A stretch of DNA of 64,000 nt. Source: a virus (lineage: Duplodnaviria > Caudoviricetes). Numbering within the stretch: the stretch's first letter is position 1; each line of letters begins with the position of its first letter. The position numbers and the translations under genes are program-made. A model generated the notes under the pieces. It ran no database searches and had not been told where the DNA came from. It saw nothing but the letters and a program-made list of their open reading frames with translations. Positions 1 through 7,221 of this stretch are shown in pieces. The stretch lies in IMG/VR virus record IMGVR_UViG_3300033070_001518, positions 1 to 64,000 of that record. One strand, written 5' to 3'.

Positions 1-1
1 A

Positions 2-70
2 AAAAAAAAAATAAAAAATGAATTTCTTAAACTTAAGAGAAATAATAAAATAGACGATATATTTAGATAA
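2..70 (+). CDS. partial hypothetical protein (3' end only), C-terminal RNNKIDDIF tag
   Basis: Frame open from the window edge: KKKIKNEFLKLKRNNKIDDIFR*, with stop 68-70 just before tRNA-Leu. Confidence 0.5.
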   Translation, partial: KKKIKNEFLKLKRNNKIDDIFR

Positions 71-71
71 T

Positions 72-151
72 GCCTCGGTGGCGTAACGGTAGCCGCGCGC
101 GACTCAAAATCGCGTTCCAAAAGAGTGTGGGTTCGATTCCCACCCGAGGTA
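72..151 (+). tRNA. tRNA-Leu(CAA)
   Basis: Acceptor GCCTCGG/CCGAGGT, anticodon arm CGCGA-CTCAAAA-TCGCG, T-loop GTTCGATTC; no encoded CCA. Confidence 0.9.
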
Positions 152-154
152 CAA

Positions 155-402
155 ATGAATTCTGAGAATAAATTTAGAGTTGGTGATTATGTTCGAGAAA
201 GGAGAGTCTACTTTGATAATAATCAAAGAGATTCTAGAAGAGGGCAAATTTGTGATATAATTGAGGCAACTAAGGAAAATGGGTACAGTTGTGATGAAGT
301 TATGATAATCATGGAATAAAAGTATATTCGGATAATTTTTACGTATTTGAAATTGATAAGGAGAAATATAGAGAAAATAAGATAGATAATTTGCTGATGT
401 AA
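155..402 (+). pseudogene. small hypothetical gene split by a frameshift near 296-319
   Basis: ATG at 155 gives MNSENKF...DEV in frame 2. Frame 1 from 298 gives SYDNHGIKVYSDNFYVFEIDKEKYRENKIDNLLM*, ending in the shared C-terminal tag. Confidence 0.5.
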
Positions 403-463
403 CACAATGGTAGTGTGCTAGTTTCGTAAACTAGAAATGTGGGCTCGAATCCCGCCATTAGCT
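393..463 (+). tRNA. tRNA-Thr(CGT)
   Basis: Acceptor GCTGATG/CATTAGC, anticodon arm CTAGT-TTCGTAA-ACTAG, T arm GTGGG-CTCGAAT-CCCGC (CTC instead of TTC); no CCA. Confidence 0.85.
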
Positions 464-468
464 CAAAT

Positions 469-531
469 TCCGCGGTCGTATAATGGTTATTACACTACAT
501 TGGTAATGTAGCAAAATGAGTTCAATTCTCA
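469..531 (+). pseudogene. truncated tRNA-Thr(GGT) lacking the 3' acceptor strand
   Basis: 5' acceptor TCCGCGG, D arm GTATAATGGTTATTAC, anticodon arm CTACA-TTGGTAA-TGTAG, T arm ATGAG-TTCAATT-CTCA. The expected CCGCGGA does not follow. Confidence 0.7.
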
Positions 532-952
532 ATATAATCGATCTTCTCTTGATCCAAATATTAAGAAATGCTCACATTGTGGCAATTTTAAACCAATTAT
601 CGATTTTTATAAGAGACGTGGAGAAAGAAAGGATTACAATGCTTTTTGTAAGATATGTAATGTTAAGTATCAACGAGAAAGATTGAGAGGAATAAAAATA
701 AAAATGATTGAATATAAGGGAGGTAAATGTGATAGATGTCTTTTGAAGTTTGATCAGGATAACTATTTTTTGTTTGATTTTCACCATTTGGATCCAAGTA
801 TTAAAGATCCAAATTTTGGAAGAATAAAATTCCAAAATTGGAATAGAATAAAAGATGAGATAGATAAATGTGTGTTAGTTTGTGCTAATTGCCATAGAAT
901 TATCCACTATCTACAACGCCGTGACTTAGAGGAAAAGGATTGTCTCTCATAA
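512..952 (+). CDS. HNH endonuclease with N-terminal Zn finger; start codon missing or uncertain
   Basis: Frame open 512-952: CSHC...CKIC, then GGKCDRC, FDFHHLDP and CVLVCANCHRIIH. No in-frame ATG upstream of the Zn finger; the ORF track starts it at TTG 683. Confidence 0.75.
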   Translation, partial: QNEFNSQYNRSSLDPNIKKCSHCGNFKPIIDFYKRRGERKDYNAFCKICNVKYQRERLRGIKIKMIEYKGGKCDRCLLKFDQDNYFLFDFHHLDPSIKDPNFGRIKFQNWNRIKDEIDKCVLVCANCHRIIHYLQRRDLEEKDCLS

Positions 953-987
953 GGACGATTAAGTGAGTTCGAACCTCACACACGGTA
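918..987 (+). tRNA. tRNA-Met or Ile2 (CAT) with an atypical D arm
   Basis: Acceptor GCCGTG/CACGGT, anticodon arm TGTCT-CTCATAA-GGACG, T arm GTGAG-TTCGAAC-CTCAC. D arm is short and irregular. Confidence 0.6.
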
Positions 988-1002
988 CAAAATACTAACA
1001 AT

Positions 1003-1179
1003 ATGAAAGATAAAATTAAAGGATTTATTCTTTTAAGAGAGTATCCAAAATGTGGTAAGAAAGTAGGGGATTTTGAGCCATATACATCAGGAGAATTTCT
1101 TAAATATCCTGAAATTTGGCAACCTGTTTATAAAAAGTCTTATATTAGAGATAGAAAGGTAGATAAGATATTACAATAA
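1003..1179 (+). CDS. hypothetical protein (58 aa), C-terminal RDRKVDKIL tag
   Basis: MKDKIKGFILLREYPKCG...YIRDRKVDKILQ*, below the ORF-track size cutoff; the stop abuts tRNA-Arg. Confidence 0.7.
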   Translation: MKDKIKGFILLREYPKCGKKVGDFEPYTSGEFLKYPEIWQPVYKKSYIRDRKVDKILQ

Positions 1180-1252
1180 GCCTCTTTAGTTTAATGGAGA
1201 AAATAGGCCCGTCCTAAGGGCTCAGATGAGGGTTCGAGTCCTTCTAGAGGCA
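1180..1252 (+). tRNA. tRNA-Arg(CCT)
   Basis: Acceptor GCCTCTT/TAGAGGC, anticodon arm GGCCC-GTCCTAA-GGGCT, T arm GAGGG-TTCGAGT-CCTTC; no CCA. Confidence 0.9.
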
Positions 1253-1253
1253 C

Positions 1254-1445
1254 ATGAATGAAGAAATAGTAATTAAGAATATAGCTAGATCTATCTATAT
1301 GAATCAAACTTTTCGTGATCGTTCTTGGGACCTCACCAATTATGGTGGTTGTGAAGAAATGGCTTCAGAAATATTTGATTTGATAAAAAAAAATTTAATC
1401 CCTTACCAAAGGGAAATAAAAATAAATGAAATAAATAATGGATAA
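1254..1445 (+). CDS. hypothetical protein, C-terminal REIKINEI tag
   Basis: 63-aa ORF directly after tRNA-Arg, overlapping the next start. Confidence 0.65.
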   Translation: MNEEIVIKNIARSIYMNQTFRDRSWDLTNYGGCEEMASEIFDLIKKNLIPYQREIKINEINNG

Positions 1446-1860
1446 ACAGGAAAATCACACAATATCTGAAAAGGCACTAGAGATAGTGAATAAAAATCCA
1501 ATGTCGTTGGGTGTGTTAAAGACTATTGATGCTAAAGATAATTTTGATTTCTCTTTTTTAGAGGTTAATAGAGGAATGTGGTTACATACTTATAAATATG
1601 AAGGTGATAGTCCTCGTAGAGAAATATTTATATTCTATGATTTGACCTATGATCAATCAAAGTTAATTAGAGACAAGTTTGAGTATTCTAAGTTTATTCC
1701 TTATGAGTCTTTTTTGGATTCCAATGTTACACCCACTGCTCAGAAAAATCATAAATTACATTTGGATTTTATTGAAAATATCAGAAAGAGAAAATTAGAT
1801 CCAGTAGTAAATACCTTTTCATTCAATGAAGACCCAAAATGGGAACCGATTATAAAGTAG
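1438..1860 (+). CDS. hypothetical protein
   Basis: 140-aa ORF in a co-directional operon. Confidence 0.7.
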   Translation: MDKQENHTISEKALEIVNKNPMSLGVLKTIDAKDNFDFSFLEVNRGMWLHTYKYEGDSPRREIFIFYDLTYDQSKLIRDKFEYSKFIPYESFLDSNVTPTAQKNHKLHLDFIENIRKRKLDPVVNTFSFNEDPKWEPIIK

Positions 1861-1866
1861 AGAGAT

Positions 1867-3060
1867 ATGAAACTCAAAATATCTGATATTAAGACAACCC
1901 CTAAGAACATGGAATTTAATTTTTGTGTCTGGGGTGAACCATCCCAAAAGGTGATGGATTGGATATCTCATTGGAATTTAAAGGCTGAGAAGTCGGGTGG
2001 ATTCACAAATATTTTTATAGGTGATTCGGATATTTATAAAATGTTTGAAGAACCAAAATTGTATAGTTTTGTTGATGGATTTTCGCCCAATCTAAATAAG
2101 CATCTACACCTAGGTCATCTTTCTAACTTGATTTTTGCTAAATCAATCCAATCCTTAGGAATTGGTCAAAAGAATATTGCAATTTTGGGTGATACATTGA
2201 CAGGAAAGATTGATACAGATGATGCTTTGGATAAATTTAAATCATATTGCAAGTCATTTGGCTATAATATTGATTATACATATTTTGCATCTAAGCAAGA
2301 GTTGATTGATAGTTCAATTCTTGATTATGGGTATGGAGATTATGCTGGTACATTTACATTTGATGTTGGTGATTCAAAAATTGTTGGTATTAAATCTGAT
2401 GGATCAACATCTTATTTTTATCAAGATGTGGCACTTGCTCAAGCATTGGTGGGGTCTCCTAAATCTCCTAAACCAATTCTTTATATAACTGGATTTGAAC
2501 AAGAAAATCACTTCAAGTCTTTGAAGTTTCTATTCCCACACAATGATCACATTGGACTTGGTTTAGTTATGATTAATGGTAAGAAAATGTCTTCATCAGA
2601 AGGGAATGTTATTATGATGGAAGATATATTGAATCAAGTTGCAGATAAATTTAATGGGGATAAAAATCTAGCTTGGAATGTTATTTCCGGACATATTCTT
2701 AAATATTCACCAGAATCTGTTAAAAATATTGATCTCAAGTCAATTGGTGATGTTAAATCATCCTGGGGATTATATTTGAGCTACACACTAGCTAAGATGA
2801 AATCCGCTGGGATGTTACCAAATACTAATTCTGATTTTATTTCTAATCAGTTAAAATGGGGATATTTGCAATCTAAAACTGAAAAATCTCCACATTATCT
2901 TTTTAATTCTTTGGTTGATCACTGTAAGAAGATAAGTCAATTGTACACGAAATTGCACATAAAGGACAATATAGATAATCAAAAAATGTATCAACCTCTT
3001 TTAGATGATCTACTTTTAGGTATGACTAAACTAGGAATGTTTGATATTGATAATGTTTAA
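1867..3060 (+). CDS. argS: arginyl-tRNA synthetase, shortened form
   Basis: FSPNLNKHLHLGH (HIGH), DGSTSYFYQD, YITGFEQENHF, GKKMSSSEGNVI (KMSKS), DALR-like GLYLSYTLAKMKS. Confidence 0.85.
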   Translation: MKLKISDIKTTPKNMEFNFCVWGEPSQKVMDWISHWNLKAEKSGGFTNIFIGDSDIYKMFEEPKLYSFVDGFSPNLNKHLHLGHLSNLIFAKSIQSLGIGQKNIAILGDTLTGKIDTDDALDKFKSYCKSFGYNIDYTYFASKQELIDSSILDYGYGDYAGTFTFDVGDSKIVGIKSDGSTSYFYQDVALAQALVGSPKSPKPILYITGFEQENHFKSLKFLFPHNDHIGLGLVMINGKKMSSSEGNVIMMEDILNQVADKFNGDKNLAWNVISGHILKYSPESVKNIDLKSIGDVKSSWGLYLSYTLAKMKSAGMLPNTNSDFISNQLKWGYLQSKTEKSPHYLFNSLVDHCKKISQLYTKLHIKDNIDNQKMYQPLLDDLLLGMTKLGMFDIDNV

Positions 3061-3452
3061 ACCCATCTCCCTGTCCAATTATATCTAACTCCTAGATAAT
3101 TTAGTAATATTATTCCCCAACCAATTATTAGCGGTCCAAATTTCCAATTGCCCTCTATGGTGAATGATGAGAATATCATAGCTATTGCCATTCCTAGAGA
3201 GAATAGAATAGGCCAAGCTCTATTTTTTCCGATTTTTAGTCCATTTGTGGTTGGGTCTGTGTACCATAGAAATTCTTTGAATGTTATTTTTCTTACTTTG
3301 GATTCAGCACATTCAACGAGGTTTGTAAAGTTATAGAATTTTATCCAACATGAATCCACGCCACTGTTGTGATCAACAACTCCAACTTTTGAGTATCCCT
3401 CGGTTTTTACTAACTCACCGGGATTAAATTTTGCAATTCTGCTTAAATTCAT
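3057..3452 (-). CDS. hypothetical membrane protein with two C-terminal hydrophobic segments
   Basis: WPILFSLGMAIAMIFSSF and FGPLIIGWGIILLNYLGV. Confidence 0.7.
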   Translation of the reverse strand: MNLSRIAKFNPGELVKTEGYSKVGVVDHNSGVDSCWIKFYNFTNLVECAESKVRKITFKEFLWYTDPTTNGLKIGKNRAWPILFSLGMAIAMIFSSFTIEGNWKFGPLIIGWGIILLNYLGVRYNWTGRWV

Positions 3453-3481
3453 AGTTTTATTTTTCTTTTATATATATTTTA

Positions 3482-3493
3482 TTTGTATATTCG
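3482..3493 (+). promoter_or_regulatory. Bacteroidota-type -7 promoter element (TAnnTTYG)
   Basis: TTTGTATATTCG 4 nt before ATG 3498; the near-identical TTTGTATATTTG occurs at 14126 (-) and 57470 (+). Confidence 0.5.
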
Positions 3494-3497
3494 TACT

Positions 3498-3908
3498 ATG
3501 TTCAAAAGGAAGTTTTTGGATTTGGCTGCTACTCTTTCACTTTCTTCGGATAAGCAAGAGAGGATCGGTGCTGTTATCACAGATCGTAATAGACTTGTTT
3601 CTTGGGGGATTTCTCTTAAGAAAACTCACCCAGTGCAAGAAAAATATAATAGAATCAGATTTGCTGATAACGCTGGTGAGCCAGGAATCGATATTGCTCA
3701 TATTCATGCTGAGATTGATGCTCTCAATAGATCCAAGTCCAAGAATTTGAAGGGACACACTATTTATATTTATAGGGAAAGTATGGGTGGAGATCTTCGT
3801 ATGTGCCGACCTTGTAAGGGTTGTATGCAGGCTCTTATTGACCGCGGAATTAAGAAAATGGTATACACCACTCCAAACGGAGTCGCGGTGGAGAAGATCA
3901 TTTCTTAA
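3498..3908 (+). CDS. cytidine/deoxycytidylate deaminase-fold protein
   Basis: HAEIDAL and RPCKGC zinc-binding motifs; ATG 3498 preferred over TTG 3483. Confidence 0.8.
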   Translation: MFKRKFLDLAATLSLSSDKQERIGAVITDRNRLVSWGISLKKTHPVQEKYNRIRFADNAGEPGIDIAHIHAEIDALNRSKSKNLKGHTIYIYRESMGGDLRMCRPCKGCMQALIDRGIKKMVYTTPNGVAVEKIIS

Positions 3909-3983
3909 TTAACTTGGATCATTGTGATATTATGAATATCTAAGTATTTTTTCATGTGCAGTGAAAAAGTGCCTCAAAAAATT

Positions 3984-3991
3984 TATATATA
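3984..3991 (+). promoter_or_regulatory. putative late promoter octamer
   Basis: TATATATA 5 nt before ATG 3997. Confidence 0.65.
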
Positions 3992-3996
3992 ATCAT

Positions 3997-5541
3997 ATGA
4001 TTAAGAAGTATTCTACTTTCCTTGAAAGTATTAAAAGTCTGATTAACGAGTTTAACCAACAGGATAAGGAAGTTATTAAGAGACTCGATGAGTATTTTAC
4101 TATTGCGATCGAATATGAAATTTGCTCGACCGAGGACCCCGAAGAAGAACCTTCCTCAGATGAGGATAGTGCAATTGAAAATGCAATTGAACAAACAATA
4201 TTAGATCTTAAGAGGGGTAAAACTCTTGGTTCTTATGGTTTTTCGGAAGATAAATGGGATGAATCGAGATTTAAAGGAAATGAGAATAAACTACTGACAG
4301 ACTATCCAAAATTGGATACGATGTCTAAAAAGAAGAAAAAAGAATTGCACTCTAAGTATAAAACTTGGACGTGGTTACAAGAATTTTTCGACAATTTAAT
4401 ATCACTAGTTGATTTTGATGATCAAATTATAACTGATGAGAATTTAGATCCTGAAAACTACTCTGATGAATTGGAAATTTCCATTGTTAAGAGATTTTCA
4501 TATAACATTCAGTTGTTTGGATTTGCTCAAAATATAGATTATTTAAAAGAAAAGGCTGAGGAACATCTACCGAATTTCTGGGCAAATTGGGGAAGTACTT
4601 TTAAATTTGAATTGGAAGGTGACTCTGATAAGCAACGTATTTTAGAATTCTCACCTAAGACATATGTTAAAGGCATTTCACAGGGCATTAAACAGCTTGA
4701 AGATTTTTATAATGACTTTGAAAATCAAAAATATTGGTATTTTAATAACAGAACAGCTTTGCATATAAATGTTGGGGTTACAAGTAAAGTTAAATGGAAT
4801 CCTATTAAAGGATTGTTGTTGATGGGTGATTTTGGTAGAGATGAAAAAGGAAAAGTTCCATATGTATTTAAGGGTATTGAGTGGAGATATGGCAATAGAT
4901 TTACTGGATCGCTAATCGATGCAGTTAGAAAGAACCTTAAGGGTGATATTATGTATTCAGTGGAAAATCCTGAGACTGGTGAAGTTAAAGTTGGGGATCT
5001 TGAAAGGGATAAGGTTCAAGGTCAAATAAATTCTTTACAAGATGAGATTAATAGTATTAGGGGTTCAATGAAAAATCAACAAAAAAAGGAAAAGTCTGAA
5101 AGTAGAAAGAAAATTGATGAACTAGAATCTAAGATTAAACAAATACAGCCAACAATTTGGAATTTGGATATTAGAAAAAAAGGAGAAATTCTTAAACAGA
5201 AAGATTCATTAAAGCAAAATAAATCGTTATTGGATTTAAATGATATCCCGGCTTTTGAGGAATATTTCAATAGCTTTATAATTCAAGCTAATAAGGATTT
5301 TTATATTAAAGAATTTGGTATCAAGCTTGTTGAGATTGATAAAAATTACGTAGAATTCAGATATGTTGGGACAACTATATCAGATAATTTACTTGGTGGT
5401 GTTACTAAGCAAATGATGATAGATAAGATGTATTACTTTTGTTATATTGTTTATCTTATGACAAATTCAGATTATAAGAAGAAAGAATATCACAAAAAGC
5501 TTTATAAATTAGTTGAAGAGATCAGGGGATATGCAAATTAG
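3997..5541 (+). CDS. putative amidoligase (COOH-NH2 ligase / Amidoligase_2-like) with capsid-targeting-like N-terminus
   Basis: AIEYE, ELEGDS...LEFSP, TALHINVG and VEFRYVG in the family order; N-terminus MIKKYSTFLES. Confidence 0.65.
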   Translation: MIKKYSTFLESIKSLINEFNQQDKEVIKRLDEYFTIAIEYEICSTEDPEEEPSSDEDSAIENAIEQTILDLKRGKTLGSYGFSEDKWDESRFKGNENKLLTDYPKLDTMSKKKKKELHSKYKTWTWLQEFFDNLISLVDFDDQIITDENLDPENYSDELEISIVKRFSYNIQLFGFAQNIDYLKEKAEEHLPNFWANWGSTFKFELEGDSDKQRILEFSPKTYVKGISQGIKQLEDFYNDFENQKYWYFNNRTALHINVGVTSKVKWNPIKGLLLMGDFGRDEKGKVPYVFKGIEWRYGNRFTGSLIDAVRKNLKGDIMYSVENPETGEVKVGDLERDKVQGQINSLQDEINSIRGSMKNQQKKEKSESRKKIDELESKIKQIQPTIWNLDIRKKGEILKQKDSLKQNKSLLDLNDIPAFEEYFNSFIIQANKDFYIKEFGIKLVEIDKNYVEFRYVGTTISDNLLGGVTKQMMIDKMYYFCYIVYLMTNSDYKKKEYHKKLYKLVEEIRGYAN

Positions 5542-6064
5542 TTAAGTACTTTCTGAAGAAAAGATCTCTCAAATCCATTCCATATTGAGATGATAGTTCG
5601 GGGTGTCCTTGAAACCCCATCACTTTATTTTTGTCATTATAAATAGCTTTAACTATACCATCATTGACAATACCTTCATATCCACTTGGTATATTTTCTA
5701 TGAACCAACCGTGATTATATTCCATATCACCCTGTATTCCTTGAAATGTTAAAGATTCTTTGCCAATTTTTTTGATATTAAGTTCTTTTAATTTCTCACC
5801 TTCTATTATAGACATAATTTGCATTCCTAAACACACAGCGAATATTGGCTTGTTGCAAGTTTTTAGAAAAAATTTTTCTAGTGTGATATCCTCATCATCA
5901 GAAATATGAATATCTCCGCCAGATAAAACAACATAATCATATTGCATGGCATGTTCGATATTGAAGTGTGTGTAGTATACGATATCACATTTGTCAAAGA
6001 GTTTAGAAAGCTCTCCACTAAATCGACTGTCATGATTGATTATCAATCCTCTCATAGTGATCAT
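5522..6064 (-). CDS. class I glutamine amidotransferase
   Basis: VVLSGG, AVCLGMQI (catalytic Cys), FQGHPE (His-Glu). Confidence 0.85.
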   Translation of the reverse strand: MITMRGLIINHDSRFSGELSKLFDKCDIVYYTHFNIEHAMQYDYVVLSGGDIHISDDEDITLEKFFLKTCNKPIFAVCLGMQIMSIIEGEKLKELNIKKIGKESLTFQGIQGDMEYNHGWFIENIPSGYEGIVNDGIVKAIYNDKNKVMGFQGHPELSSQYGMDLRDLFFRKYLTNLHIP

Positions 6065-6085
6065 TTGATAGTATTTTTGACCATA

Positions 6086-6093
6086 CAAATATA
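6086..6093 (-). promoter_or_regulatory. Bacteroidota-type -7 promoter element
   Basis: TATATTTG on the minus strand 21 nt before ATG 6064. Confidence 0.4.
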
Positions 6094-6121
6094 GTAATAA
6101 AATTCCAAATATTATGAGAAT

Positions 6122-6556
6122 CTATTTTTTGTTATCTTCTACAGATTTGGATTTCAATCTTGATGACCTCCTTGAATGTTGGATCCGCCTATCTTCTTGA
6201 ATAATTGGTTCTTGGCATTTTTCATATGTAAAATCCATATAGAATTCGAATTGGGCCATTGATGGTGGGGGCAATGGCTTTATGGAAATTAAATCTCTTG
6301 AAACTAAACCTGATGCTGATGAGTAATCTGGGTGATCTTGAATTTTTGTTTCCTTGAAATCAACATCTTCAACAATTGATTTAATTTTATTATCTCTATT
6401 TATCAACTTGATCTCTGATTCGATTTCTTCCATTTTTTCTTTATTTCCTAGTGTAATACTCCTAATCAATGGGAGACCAATAGAATTAAATTGGGATTGA
6501 GTTCCTGATAAAGATATTTGATCTTTGTAGAATTTTTCGTATTCGTCAATATTCAT
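6122..6556 (-). CDS. hypothetical protein
   Basis: 144-aa ORF carrying an internal RDNKIKSIV copy of the shared tag. Confidence 0.65.
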   Translation of the reverse strand: MNIDEYEKFYKDQISLSGTQSQFNSIGLPLIRSITLGNKEKMEEIESEIKLINRDNKIKSIVEDVDFKETKIQDHPDYSSASGLVSRDLISIKPLPPPSMAQFEFYMDFTYEKCQEPIIQEDRRIQHSRRSSRLKSKSVEDNKK

Positions 6557-6567
6557 TATAATTATAA

Positions 6568-6919
6568 TTATTTCTTATAATTTGTTTCATTCCTCTTTAA
6601 CCACAGAAAGAAATCTTGAGCGTATAGTCTTTTATTTCCTTCACGACCATTGGGTATCATTCCGTATGTGCCATATGATGGGTCACTCTGCTTCATTAGT
6701 ATAAACTCATTATTTATCCACGTAGTTAATTTTTCGTTAGATATGCTAGATGTGTTTATGGTGTTATATCCTCAATTTAGCCAATTGAGGCAAGTTTTCT
6801 AACTTGGTCAGGTATTCTTGATTATTTCTTATTATTGTTAGTATTGGGTCTATTACCTCTTTCTCAAATTTAAATCTATTATTAAGTTTGTAGGATTCGT
6901 AAGTTCTTAGGAACTTCAT
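6568..6919 (-). pseudogene. frameshifted putative internal head protein
   Basis: MKFLRTYES...LAKLRI* (6919-6764) continues in the +1 frame as GYNTINTSS...KRNETNYKK* (6771-6568); the ATG overlaps the upstream TGA. Confidence 0.6.
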
Positions 6920-7221
6920 AGTTTATAAATTTTCTTTATGGTGTCTAATAGTAAATTTTCATCTTTAGTTGATAGATTTTCTATAAATTCTTTCCTGAAC
7001 CAATCAATTATCCTTTCGTAGACAATTTCTTCAGCTTCCGCATTGCTATTTTCCATATACCAAGATAAATCATCAGAGTATTCATCATCAACCCAATTTG
7101 GCCATTCCTCGCTGAACATTTCCTGGACTCTATCGTTTGAAAAATTTTCTTTGATTTTGGATATTGCAAAATCCAAATTGAATTCTTGAATAGATTCATT
7201 GAATTTTTTGATATGGGTCAT
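6916..7221 (-). CDS. putative internal head protein
   Basis: N-terminus MTHIKKFNES; acidic protein. Confidence 0.6.
   Translation of the reverse strand: MTHIKKFNESIQEFNLDFAISKIKENFSNDRVQEMFSEEWPNWVDDEYSDDLSWYMENSNAEAEEIVYERIIDWFRKEFIENLSTKDENLLLDTIKKIYKL

Noticed and set aside
1-11. Poly-A run at the window start as a genome end or poly(A) tail
   Set aside because: It reads in frame as Lys codons of the partial ORF, and the window edge is arbitrary.
469-987. Intron-split tRNA-Thr with its 3' acceptor strand downstream of the HNH
   Set aside because: No CCGCGGA-like strand follows the HNH, and no group I/II intron structure is evident.
3961-3996. ORF-track upstream starts (3961, also 41624, 49920, 56059)
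   Set aside because: Downstream ATGs give CTS-like N-termini and sit 4-5 nt after the late octamer (3997, 49956, 56011) or overlap the upstream stop (41642), so they are preferred.
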